A DNA stretch of 64,000 nt. Source: Macrostomum hystrix (Eukaryota; Animalia; Platyhelminthes). The notes beneath the pieces were generated by a model. It was not told the DNA's origin. It did no database searches and saw only the letters and a list, made by a program, of their open reading frames with translations. The position numbers were made by a program, and so were the translations under genes. Below, piece by piece: positions 40,008 through 52,271 of the stretch; the stretch's first letter is position 1, and the number at the start of each line of letters is the position of its first letter. The stretch spans positions 8,432,001-8,496,000 of the forward strand of contig CATNEN010000038.1 of NCBI GenBank assembly GCA_950097015.1. Direction: 5' to 3'.

Positions 40008-43000
40008 TCAGAACAGGCGCTTCTCGTAGGAGTGCAAGCTGTGCACGCCGCCCTCCACTTGCGAGCTGGCCGTGCGCCGCTCGAACTTTAGCTGGCCGCT
40101 GTACATCCTGGATCGCATCTCAGCTAGAGACTTGGCCCCAATGTCCTGGCAGGCGTGCTGTAGCCCGGCAATTAGGTATGGCACCAGCCGAAGAACTGAG
40201 CCTTTGTCCACAATGTTCCCGGAGACACCCTGCGCTACGCGCACTCGATCAGGCTCGTAGTAGTATCTGCCGCAAATGACAGAAGCGTGACTGCCATAGC
40301 TCTTCTCCTTCCTTAACTTTCCCATTGTTCATTTTTTCTGAGAATTCCAAATAGATCTTCCCTCATCCGCCTCTTCAACCCATCATTATCACCTTCAGTC
40401 CTACTCCTCCTCTTCCACTTCGTTTCTAGTCCCCTCATATTCACCTTTAGTCCCCATTCCACCTTTTTTCTCTTCGTTCATACTCCTTTTATTCCAATTC
40501 CCATGTTTCTCCCTTTCATTCCTAATCCCTATCTTTCCCTTTATCCCCTTTCCCCTCCTTTTCTCTTCTCTTCAATCCTGCTCCCCCTGATCTTCCCCTT
40601 CAATCCTGCTCCCCCTGATCTTCCCCTTCAATCCTACTCCCCCTGACCTTCCCCCTTCAATCCTACCCCCCTGATCTTCCCCTTCAATCCTGTTCCCCTG
40701 ATCTTCCCCTTCAATCCTGCTCCCCCTGATCTTCCCCTTCAATCCTACTCCCCCTGATCTTCCCCTTCAATCCTACTCCCCCTGATCTTCCCCTTCAATC
40801 CTACTCCCCGTCCCTCCTCTCACCTCTGCTGCCCAGCGGAGGTCATCAGGACGCTAGAGGCGCCGGCGCCGCCAACTGCGCCAGCACTGAGACCGCCGGA
40901 ACCTCCGCCAGCGCCGCCACCGCCCCTGGTCTCCATAGCGTCCAGGCTGCCCATGCCGCGGTACTTTTTCAGTCGAACTCCGTCGGCGAAGAAGTACTCG
41001 CCGGGAGCCTCGCTGCTGCCAGCAAGCATGGAGCCCATCATGACGGTGGAGGCGCCAAGCGCGAGGGCTTTGGTCACGTGACCCACAGACTGGATGCCGC
41101 CATCGGCGATGACGGGCACGCTGAATCGCCTGGCGTATTCAGCCACCTGCATTGAGCAGCGAATGAGAACAAACAGTTAAATATGGATAAGACCCACTAG
41201 ATGATCAGATGGTTAATGACATACCTGATGTTCAGAGAGCTAATGACCTACCTGAAGTTCAGAGAGCTAATTACTAATAAAATCTGTTACAAAATCACCT
41301 TATAGACAGCCGTTGCCTGCGGTCGGCCGACTGCCATGACCTCCTGGGTGATGCAGATGCTGCCGGAGCCCATGCCGACACGAAGGGCGTCAACTCCTGC
41401 GTCGATGAGATTCTTGGCCTGGGCGGCCGTCACCACGTTGCCGCCGACAACCTGCAGGCCGGGGTGTGCGGACTTCAGGCGGTGGATCATGTCTATCTGG
41501 TAGATGCTGTTGCCCTGGGAGCTGTCCTGTGGACATGGAAAGTTCGAGGGATAAACATATATACTTGTATTAGTACAGATCATAAACGTATACTAGAGAG
41601 TCTAAGATTGCAAAGTTTAATTTGCGAAGGCTCTGAATTTATTTTGAACCTTGACGTCACATTAGACAATGACGTCATCTTAGACGATAAGACAATCTTG
41701 GGCTGACGTCATTTAAGAGAATGACGTCATCGAGGGAGGTAATTTAAAATCAACAGGGCCCCTTAAAACTTATAGACTTTATAGCTTAATAGACAGCAGA
41801 ACTAGAAAGTGTGTTAGTTATGGCTTGCAATTTTGATTAATTAAGAATGAAATAAGCGTCAGGATACGAGAAAGATAGCATAGAAATTTTATTACTACAG
41901 AAGTTAAAGAAAGACACACAAGCTAGTTTTATGCACAGAATAGTGTCAAGTGTTCAAACAAAAAAATGCAAACTAAATTTTTGAAGGTGTATTATTTTGC
42001 CACAAATTAATTAAAGCTGTATAATTATTTATCGATTTTGACTAATGGCTAATGATTAATTTACCTATACGATCAAGTGGGCCATTAACATGTCTAGTTT
42101 TTAGGAGGGTTATAAATTAACACCTCTAATCGTCAGGCGGGTTTCTAACACCTATGATCATCGAGAAGGCTATTAAACCCTAATTACGAGGTAAGCGACT
42201 TAAACCCTCTGATTATCAGGTAGGCCATTAAACCCTCTGATCTTTAAATATGTTAATTAATTTATCAGGTAAATAGGTTAACATTTCAATTTCTGAATAA
42301 AATAATATTGCCTTATACCCGGAGTTGTTAATGTTATATTAAAAAATTTTAATCGCAGATTAAGATTAAGACCCAGATTAAGACGAATCGAAGATTTCAT
42401 ACTGGAAGCAAATAACCCGAATCGGTAGGTTTATACGCAGACACCCAATGTGATTGGCACATATTGAGTATCAGTCACAGATTGACTATTCTAATCTTAC
42501 CAAAACGATCAGGTCGGGCCCAACAGCCATGAGACTGCTGAGCCTGGCCAAGTCGTCATTGTGCGTGCCAATGGCCGCCCCAACAAGCAGCTGATTCCTG
42601 CGGCGGTGAAATTGCCAAATGCCGAACACGCTACTTAAATAAATAGATTCAGATAAGGCTCAGATAAGATTCTACTTACTACCTACTGATAAGCTAGTCA
42701 GTAGTCATGTGAGAATGTTAATCTACATTTTAAGCATTGGTTAACATTAATAACTTACTAAACAGCTATTAGCTCCAATTGAGCAAGCAAACAAGCAAAC
42801 ACAATTTCACATGCCAATGTAACCAAAAACAAACGCAACAGTTGTAAAATGAACACCCCAATGGGACAGGCGAGTCAGGAGGGTGGTGGCAAAGTGGTTA
42901 AAGAGTTCATGAGCTTGAATCTGCGGTGAATAGGTCATCTATTTAGGGCGCAGCCGCGGAGGAGACAAGGCTCGACTGTTTGCGCAAATCATGCCGATCC

Positions 43001-45982
43001 CCCAAATAGGCACACCCCTGGGCACAATGGGTCCTCACCAGGTAATGTACCTGGTGAAGCTCAGTCACAGCAATCAGAACTTTTATTATTATGAAGGGAG
43101 GAGACTTTAATGTGGCAGCTAACCAGAACGATAACATCAGGCTGAGCATCGGCAGTGGTGAGCAGACGGAGTCTATCAAACGCGCTGCCGTGGGTGCTGA
43201 CCGCCGCTCCAACTAATAGGCGACTCCTGGCGCAGTTTTTATTATTTTGATTGGCATTGATTCATATGTAGTTTTGCTATTGATTGCAATAGTAAGCCGA
43301 TCTGATTTACTTCTAACAATACCTTGATAAGCTAAGAGAAAATAATTCGACAACATAGAGCTGCTGGCAATTTATTCGCTGGACTATCACATACAGTTTT
43401 ACAAAAAACTAGATACAGCGCACTTTTTCTACAAAATAAAAACGGATTTAAGAACACATATAACGCATGTTTTACTGCTAATTTATTCAGCCATAACTAT
43501 AACAACAATCACATATTTTCGTGAACACACACAAGAGATTTGTAATTAAAAATAGTACTTTTTGAGCAAATAGCCTACTTATAGTACTCGTAACACCACG
43601 CAGCCAGTTCCACTTCATAAAATATTCTAGTGTTGATTACACTTTCTTTCACTCACTTGTCATCCTTGCTAGACAGCGGATATTCTCGATTTTTCTTTAA
43701 ATCTGTGCGCGCAATCAGAGCCACCAGGTTGTCGTCAGCGTCAACAATTGGCAGCTTGCCTGCGCCAAAGCAATAAGTAGAATTCGGATTACAAAAACAG
43801 CAATATTTAACTAAAAACTACTAAATGACATGTACTGTTTGCACCTTTCTTGCTCTTCTGTAGTACATCGTGCGCCTGGCTCAGGGTCACCCCGGCCTGT
43901 GCCGTGATCAGGTCGGCTCGCGGTGTCATGACCTCGGCTACGGAACGTCCGTGCTCCGACTCTGGCAAAAAGTCGAAGTCGCGAAATGTCACCAGGCCGA
44001 CGAGGCGACCCCCGATGCGGCCGGTGTCTGTGATGGGAATACCGGAGAAACCGTGCTTGGATTTAGCCCCGACAACGTCGGCCACCGTGCTGTCCGGCCT
44101 GAGGACAAACGGGTCCACGATGAAGCCCTGCTTGTAGCGCTTCACCTGCAGGCCAATAGACTAGAAGGTATAGCACTGCTTCGTGACTGGGTGGAACTGC
44201 AACCTCGAAATATCTGATTGGGTGGAGCTGCGACCTCACGGGGTCTGATTGGGTGGAGCTGCGACCTCACGGGGTTTGATTGGTGGAGCTGCAACCTTAA
44301 CATCTGATTGGGTGGAGCTGCGACCTCACGGGGTCTGATTGGGTGGAGCTGCGACCTCACGGGGTTTGATTGGTGGAGCTGCAACCTTAACATCTGATTG
44401 GGTGGAGCTGCGACCTCACGGGGTCTGATTGGGTGGAGCTGCGACCTCACGGGGTTTGATTGGTGGAGCTGCAACCTTAACATCTGATTGGGTGTAGCTG
44501 CAACCTCACGGGGTTTGATTGGGTGGCGCTGCAACCTCAACATCTGATTGGGTGGAGCTGCAACCTTACGGGGCTTGATTGGGTGGCGCTGCAACCTCAA
44601 CATCTGATTGGGTGTAGCTGCGACCTCAGGAGCTAATTAGCCATTCAATCTTATTGTAAATGCTGACTGACCTTGCGAATCTCATTAGCCTGGTACTCTG
44701 GCGTACAGTTGTGGTGCACAACGCCAATGCCCCCAGATAGAGCCAGTGCAATTGCCATGTTGCTCTCAGTCACGGTGTCCATTGGAGAAGACACAAATGG
44801 CGTCTTCATGCTAAGCAACTTGGTCAATGGGGATGTCAAGTCCACAATACCAGCAGGAAAGTCAATGAAGCCAGGCAGGATGATGAGGTCGCTATGATGA
44901 ATTAGGGAACAATTTAACAGAAAATGTATTTTTTCTTGATTTCTATCATGTGATGCCTTATAAGGAATATTTATCACTGTATTGAGATAGAGTTATAATA
45001 TAATAGCCATTACCTTTTGATCTAGTGCTAATAGAATTGAGATTAATGTAAATTAAGTAGGTTAATTTTGGGCAGACAACTTATATATTTTAAAAAGCTT
45101 TTTAAACTAAAAGCTTACAAAAGCAATAGCTGCTTGTTCTGATTTAACTAGCTATCACATAAGAGGCAACCTCTAATGTCCATTTAAGATGATTAGGTTT
45201 CAATGTTTAGCAAATTTAATCAAGCTAAAGTCTAGACTAACTAACTGGTAGGCCTAGCTATTTATTCATCTGTTCAAGGCCATTCAATTTCATAATAAAA
45301 TGTAATGAATGCATTATTTGATATGTATGCATCTGTAACTAGACACATACACTTGCTATTAGCATGTAATCATGAATGTATATACAAGGAAAACACTGAC
45401 TTCAGAAGTATAGGCCTACTAGGTCTTGGCCTAGCGAATGCTAAAAACACATAAGCTGTTGCATTTTTTAACTGAAATTCTGTAGCCATTGTAGCTAGTT
45501 AGGTAATTATTTAACATTTTGAAATAAAAAGTGAAAATATAATTTTTTAGTTTTCAAGCAATATGCTATACATACTTATTTTAGTCTGTATGTGTTGAGA
45601 CAGAATATTAGAGAATAGGCCTATGTAGGGGCGGATGGGGGGTTGAGGGGCTAAAGCCCCAGATTTTTTCCTCCTGATTGGAGCCTCCATTAATGTACCA
45701 TCTCAAGGCGCCAACTCATAGCAGCGCGCAAGTCCCCTTAGCTGTTTTTGGTTTTGGCGTCCTTACCCAATTATATGGCTCTTTAATCCGAAAGAAAAAG
45801 ATCCACCACTGAGAATATGTAACGACATTATTGTTTCTTCAAAGTTGTAAGAATTTAACTTACTTGTAAGTCAATCCATCGCCGTTGTTAAACAACTCTC
45901 TGCCTGAAATTCCATCATCCGGAACATAGCCAACTGATGATATTAGTCTTTCTGCTTTATTTGGCTCGAATGCTGATGACAT
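40008..45982 (-). CDS. IMPDH: Inosine-5'-monophosphate dehydrogenase (8 exons, about 549 aa)
   Basis: Exons (minus): 45864-45982, 44672-44891, 43845-44145, 43657-43759, 42501-42597, 41299-41526, 40824-41146, 40008-40266, all phase-consistent. Motifs: [19 protein letters not shown] pair, DSSQGNS, catalytic [19 protein letters not shown]-terminal HSYEKRLF. Confidence 0.97.
40570..40810. repeat. About 28-bp CT-rich minisatellite in IMPDH intron 7
   Basis: Unit cttcaatcctactccccctgatcttccc. Confidence 0.88.
42876..43230 (+). mobile_element. Diverged SINE related to family A, in IMPDH intron 4
   Basis: GGTGGCAAAGTGGTTAA head, and catctatttagggcgcagccgcggaggagacaaggct matches family A catttatttggggcgcagccgcggagagaaggct. 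The 3' boundary is approximate. Confidence 0.55.
44213..44630. repeat. About 30-bp minisatellite with trimeric higher-order unit, IMPDH intron 2
   Basis: Unit ctgattgggtggagctgcgacctcacgggg and variants. Confidence 0.88.
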
Positions 45983-48463
45983 TTATCAACAAATATCAAG
46001 CAAATCTACACAAAACCTAACACAGATTACAAGAAGCACTAAAAAAACAAAACCCTTGACAGTAAGAGAAGCGTTTCTAAGAAATCTGTCGACTTTAAAT
46101 TAGTGCTGGCTAAGAGCATAATTTTAAGCAAGGTGCAAAGCTTAAGTATAAAAAAGCGCATGTTTTAGGTAAAAAGTGTATAATTCTTAATACAAATTAA
46201 CCACGTCCACAATGACCGGTGCCGGAAGGACCTACAATTTTTGCGAGTAGTTAGTAGTTAAAATTCACAACAAGTTCTTAAAATATTACTAATTTGATTA
46301 TTAGGCTCTACGAAGTATTATAAATTATTACTTATGATTTTTCTATTTTTTCACTTGAATGACATGACAATTAACGAGCTACAAATAATAATAACTATCA
46401 AGTGATTAGGCCCATATCAGTTATTATTGAATTTACTGCCAATAAGATTTGGTGATTTTTTTATCTAGGGCTAGGCTCTAGAGTCTAGCTAAATAGGTAC
46501 TAAGCCTGTGACAAGGATTGCTATTTTAGCTAGGCTATGCCTATTATGATATGCAACTCGTAGCATTTTTAATTTACATAATAACAAGTGCTCTGACTAT
46601 GCAGGCTTCTGGGAACACTTTAGGGCCTATCATCTCCTAGGCCTAGTCAGATTTGACATCCCTGTGATTTGATTTAAAAAAGGTTATGGTTTTCTAAAGT
46701 CTAAATAAGAGCCTATTATTCATCAATCTAAAAACTCGGAGTATTATTTGAGTTGAGATATGTTTCTTTTTTTAGTAATTCTCTAGTAGGCCCTATTTTG
46801 CTTGCTTAGGCTCTAGTTTCAAATTAATTTAATTAGTTGTAGTAATAGTATATTCAACATCTTTCTTCCATTTTGTATAGAAAATTTGTGATTAACAAAT
46901 TATAAAATTAACACAAATCTCTATTTTTGAAAACTATTCACAAGTCTTTTGAAGTTTCTTTTGTATTACAAATGGCAACAAAAAACAAAATTTTGTGTTC
47001 CCTCCTTAAAATGCTGTCTATATTAGGCCTATATATGCTCTTCAAGAAACACAAATTTGAACAAATATGGTTTACTTTACTGTAGTGCAGAAAATACTCT
47101 GTGGTAATTAAAACAAACTATTTTAGTATTGGTGTCAATTAACATATTTTTTTTAAAGACAATAGGCCTAGCAGCACTGTAAATTATTTATTTTGCTGTA
47201 TCCGAAACATTAAATTTATATATTTTCTTTTTAGTAGTTTATTAATAATAAAAAATAATAATTAGCAACTATATCTTTTGATTTATTTGTTTTACATTGA
47301 TAAAATTTTGTATTTATTTTACTTGATTAATTTATTGATTGATTGATTGATTTGATTGATCCATAAACTGGCTATAGTCTGTTACTTTACTCTAATGACA
47401 AAATAATATACTTATCAATCATTGATGTTATCAATCTAATTGAAAATCTTTATGGCTACTCATGGCTACTACACCTAAGCTAAAAAAGGTCAGAATCAGT
47501 AAGTGTGATAATGATCGATGTGAATAGAAGCAGACAATGTTGGAAATTACAAAATATGATATGAGTAAGGACCAATAAACAAAGCTACATGTATTTATAA
47601 CTGTATGCTTACATACATACATGTGCAACCTCCCAAATCTTAGCTGGCCGTGCAACTTAGTTTTTGCTCTATTTGCAACTTAGTTTGCTCTCATTTGCTC
47701 TATTTTTCTCTCCCTTTTTTCATCTTCTTCACGCCTTCCTGTTTTGTCCCTTGGTCCCCCCTTTGATTTTTTTGCGCTTGGTTGATTGGTTTTTGCGACT
47801 TACCTTGCTTGGCCCTCGTTTCACCCGCCAGTTTGGACGGGTTGGCCAGGTGTTGCGCATGTATGCTTACATAAAAAAGTTTCATTGCTAAAGTGTAAAA
47901 AAACAAAAGGGTGGTACAAAAAGATCCAATAGTTACTATTTTTCATTTTATGCAATTTTGTTACTTTTTAATATGCCTAACACTGGGTCTATGGCTTTAA
48001 GCAGCAAAAAGAAAAAATTGGCATGGGCATAGATTTTTTATAATGTTTAGGATTTTTTGTCTCATTTTTATACTATTTGTATAACTATGAGATTTTTTGT
48101 ACCCATTAGTTGTAAACTCTCAGTTGCCCTTTTGACTGTCACCTTTATTTTTTTTGTATTTGACATCTGCAAAATACTTAATTAGCCTTAGTAGCTGATG
48201 GTAGTAACATTTATGCCACAAAGTGAACTAAAGTAAAATATCAAGCCACTAATAGATTGTCTTAGATTCGAACTCCAGACCTTCCTATGAGTGTGAGTGG
48301 GAAGCTATTGTTGGTCACAACATTACTAGCTTTTGAAATTCTATGTAATGTACTTAATATACTGTTGTCTATGCTTCAAATGTGTTATATCATTTTCTCA
48401 TCTTAAATTAACAGATAATCAATAAAAAATTGCAGTCACACTCAATTGCAAAAGGCTTAAAGG

Positions 48464-49054
48464 ATGTCAAGTGTACTTGGACTGCTCTGTCTCTGTTCTG
48501 TGCTTAGCTGGTGTACCAGCCCATGCCTGGCTGAAATTTGCCAGCCAGGCGAATATTTTAATGCACTCAGCAGGCTTTGTGACAATTGTCCTTCCGCATG
48601 CCTAACACCATCAGATAGCAGCAGTGCTGGCTGCAAGGAAATCTGGTCTAAGGGCTTCTGCAATCCAGTCCCTGCTGGGATCAGCATTAACACTACAAGT
48701 GTGCCTTTAGTGACTTCAACCAACTCACTAAACTATAGTCCAGACCCAGATACAGGAAAAGCCGAAGGGATAGACAATTTTTTTGTTTTTCTCATCATAG
48801 TAGTTGTTTTTTCAGTGATTGCTATCACACTTGCTTGTATTTGCCTGTTTGTAAAGCGATTCAAAGCTAGTTCAAAGCCCGATAAGCAAATTGACGGTGC
48901 TGAACACGACAATGAAGACACCAGAGACCCACTCGCATCAGCAGGGCCGGCGGGCGAGGAGACAACTTTCAAATCGTTCGGACCTATTGTCTCTAGTGGT
49001 GTGCAACCTACAACTGTTCCTAAATTACCTGATTGTGATAATCATGAAGTCTGA
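48464..49054 (+). CDS. Single-CRD TNF-receptor-like type I membrane protein, paralog 1 (196 aa)
   Basis: Signal peptide; CQPGEYFNALSRLCDNCPSAC-x10-C-x8-C; Ser/Thr stalk; TM FFVFLIIVVVFSVIAITLACICLFV followed by KRFK; no death domain. Confidence 0.8.
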   Translation: MSSVLGLLCLCSVLSWCTSPCLAEICQPGEYFNALSRLCDNCPSACLTPSDSSSAGCKEIWSKGFCNPVPAGISINTTSVPLVTSTNSLNYSPDPDTGKAEGIDNFFVFLIIVVVFSVIAITLACICLFVKRFKASSKPDKQIDGAEHDNEDTRDPLASAGPAGEETTFKSFGPIVSSGVQPTTVPKLPDCDNHEV

Positions 49055-49911
49055 AGCACCGAGGAAGTCTGAATTCAGCTTACACGTTAAAAAGTAAATT
49101 TTCAATAATTGCAATAATATTGAAGTGTGACATTTGTATATAAAAATATATAAATGAACCAATGGTTTTTTATTTGTAAAAAGTTAATTTTCAATAATTG
49201 CAATAATATTGAAGTGTGACATTTGTATATAAAAATATATAAATGAACCAATGGTTTTTTATTTGTAAAAAGTTGCAGTGCCCGATTTTTAATTCATTCA
49301 GTTAACTTAAACCAATTTCACTTAATAAGATATAGAATTCTTCTTCCTCCAACTCCTCCATTCTCCAATCACTCCTGACCTGATCTTATCACTACCTATC
49401 TGTCACTCTAATCAGTGCTACTGTCTAGTGGTCTGTCACTTATCACTCCTGGGACCAATTTTACGAAGCACTTACCACTGGTACATATTAGCTAACAAGT
49501 AGTATTGATCTATCTCAATTTTACAAAGCACAGTTATTTTACCACTCATCAACCATCAATGAGTACAGACAATTTTGTGTAGCATAGTTGCTAAATCCAA
49601 AACTCAACAATAGTAAACTTGCTTAAGTATTTCTCTCAGGAACAGAAGTTTCTGATATTTAGATAGCATGGCTAAAGCGCGAATTATACTTTATTTATAA
49701 GCTGGCCTACAGGGAGAACTTTTTTATCTAGCTTACTCTCAACACCCACAGAAATGCAAAGGAAAGATAAAATTTAGCGTCTATGGGCAAGCTTCCATAT
49801 ATGTGTTTGATAAAGTTCTTTCCATTCATAAAATTTTACGAAGTGGCTGTTTAGTTACAATCGACTTGACTGTTTTTATCAGGTACCGTAGAATCGAAGA
49901 AATCAAGACAG

Positions 49912-50522
49912 ATTCACTCCAATTCACCCCAATCACTCCGGATCTTCACCCCAATCACTCCGGATCTTCACCCCAATCACTCCGGATCTTCACTCTAATC
50001 ACTCCTGATCTTCACTCTAATCACTCCTGATCTTCACTCTAATCACTCCTGATCTTCACTCTAATCACTCCTGATCTTCACTCTAATCACTCCGGAACTT
50101 CACTCTAATCACTCCTGATCTTCACTCTAATCACTCCTGATCTTCACCCCAATCACTCCGGATCTTCACTCTAAATCACTCCTGATCTTCACTCTAATCA
50201 CTCCGGATCTTCACTCTAATCACTCCTGATCTTCACTCTAATCACTCCTGATCTTCACTCTAATCACTCCGGATCTTCACTCTAATCACTCCTGATCTTC
50301 ACTCTAATCACTCCGGATTTTCACTCTAATAACTCTTGATCTTCACTCCAATCACTCTTAATCTTCACTCCAATCACTCTTGATCTTCACTCCAATCACT
50401 CTTAATCTTCACTCCAATCACTCTTAATCTTCACTCCAATCACTCTTGATCTTCACTCCAATCACTCTTAATCTTCACTCCAATCACTCTTGATCTTCAC
50501 TCCAATCACTCCTGCTCTTCAC
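49912..50522. repeat. 22-bp minisatellite directly upstream of receptor paralog 2
   Basis: Unit tcactcctgatcttcactctaa. Confidence 0.92.
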
Positions 50523-50557
50523 TTTGATGTAAATTAACGCACAAACCAATTTCAGTC

Positions 50558-51298
50558 ATGCACTGGCTGCCAGTCGCAGCTGTTTTGCTTGTCACAGCAG
50601 CGGTATCTGCGGCGGCGCGGCTTAGCTGTAAGCCGGATGAATACCTGAATTCATTGTCCCGAGTTTGCGACCTGTGTCCACCGGACTGCTTAAAAGCTGG
50701 ACCTGTTGATCCGTTTAAGTGCAATGAGGTGCGATCTTTAGGCTACTGCCATGTCTTAGTTACCACTCCTACGTTTGTCTCAACGGTTTCTATCACTGAC
50801 GGCAGCACTCGAGCAGGAGGCGCCGTTTCAGTTAGTTCAAATCTGGTTGAACAGATTATCGTTTTCAGTTTGATGTTTGGCCTTGTATGCGCTTGCATTG
50901 TGGCTATTGTTGTTTTCCGTCTGCGAGACCGCAGATTAGCAGCTAATCGACGGCAGGCGGTTAATACTGAGTTTGCTGCAAACAAAGACTCCATTCCGCT
51001 CATGGAGCCGGAGCGTCGGCCTCCTCGCGATCATACAGCTGATGCCGACATTTCAAACGATTCTCCAGACCATGCGCCTGGTGTACCTGATCTTCAATCG
51101 CCAGACGATAAATGCCCCGATGCTGGTCCGTCAGTTGTCGGCACGCCTGTGGTCGATGACGCCACTACTGACAAGCCAGGGCCGTCTGGTTTGCAGTCTC
51201 CGGATACGGTGGAAACGGAGCAACGTTCCGATGTTTTCTCGCGAATGAAAGTTGGTCTAGGCGGACCTCCCGATGCAAAACAAACTGCGGATGCATAA
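50558..51298 (+). CDS. Single-CRD TNF-receptor-like type I membrane protein, paralog 2 (246 aa)
   Basis: Signal peptide; CKPDEYLNSLSRVCDLCPPDC-x10-C-x8-C; TM IIVFSLMFGLVCACIVAIVVF followed by RLRDRR; acidic, Pro-rich tail. Confidence 0.8.
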   Translation: MHWLPVAAVLLVTAAVSAAARLSCKPDEYLNSLSRVCDLCPPDCLKAGPVDPFKCNEVRSLGYCHVLVTTPTFVSTVSITDGSTRAGGAVSVSSNLVEQIIVFSLMFGLVCACIVAIVVFRLRDRRLAANRRQAVNTEFAANKDSIPLMEPERRPPRDHTADADISNDSPDHAPGVPDLQSPDDKCPDAGPSVVGTPVVDDATTDKPGPSGLQSPDTVETEQRSDVFSRMKVGLGGPPDAKQTADA

Positions 51299-52271
51299 AT
51301 GCTTGTTTAGCCAAAAAAGAAGTCATCTCAATAAGTGCACGTGTAGATTTGACGGCACCAGACCACGCCAATCAACAGCTATTCTTTTCGTTTTTTATAA
51401 TTGATTTAAATATTGTGCCAATTTTAAATAAGTCTTATGACTCGCTCATTGCTCACACTGATGCCGTTAGCATTACTAAAGCCAGACGGCAGTCTCACCC
51501 AGACGCTGTTGCCGCTTGACGCGTACAGGCGGCCACTGATCGATTTGGGATCCGGTGATGCCGGTGTCCACAGCGCTGTCCTCCTCCGGAGAGTCCAGGA
51601 GGTGGAGGGTCGCTCGCCCGGTGACCCTTAGGTAATGGACGAGCTGGCAGATGTTCTCAGGCCTGAAAACGTCGGAGAGATCCGGGTTTGGGCCGAGATA
51701 GGAGTAGCAACGCTGATCATCAAGGCGGTCATGGGCTTGAATGAGTGAAGGACTATTGCGGCTCGCGCGCCTTCGACAGCACCATCGATAGCCCAACTGA
51801 GGGATTCTAAACGACATCCTGAGTCCTCCAAGACACTTAAAGTATGTTATTATTATTATTATTAATTAGTGCTTAAGAGAACTGCGTTGATAGCTACTAA
51901 CTGTGAGCTGATAACTAGTAACTGTACGCTATTAAAAAATAACTGTAAGCTAATAACTAGTGAGTAGTGAGCATTGTACGAGTACTAGCTATTAACTTCA
52001 TTTCGGCTTGAACTGTATTTTTTCCGCCTACTTCGTGCTCTGATTCATTTTGTCACTCTGTTTAAAGCTTGTTATTACTACTATGTTTTACTACAATCGA
52101 TAAGTTCAACCCCTTACGTACAATTTGTGCATATTGTAAATTTTTTTGTGATTGTTGCCATATCCTTTGTTTTCATTTTTTATAACATTTTTGATGCAAT
52201 CGTAATAAAATTTATAAAGCAGATCTTTCTTAGTTGAAAGAACTGCTTTTTAACGAAAGTAAAAAGTTGTC

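Noticed and set aside
45626-45811. hAT-like MITE (ggggcggat...gatccaccactg)
   Set aside because: The termini match only weakly and no TSD was found.
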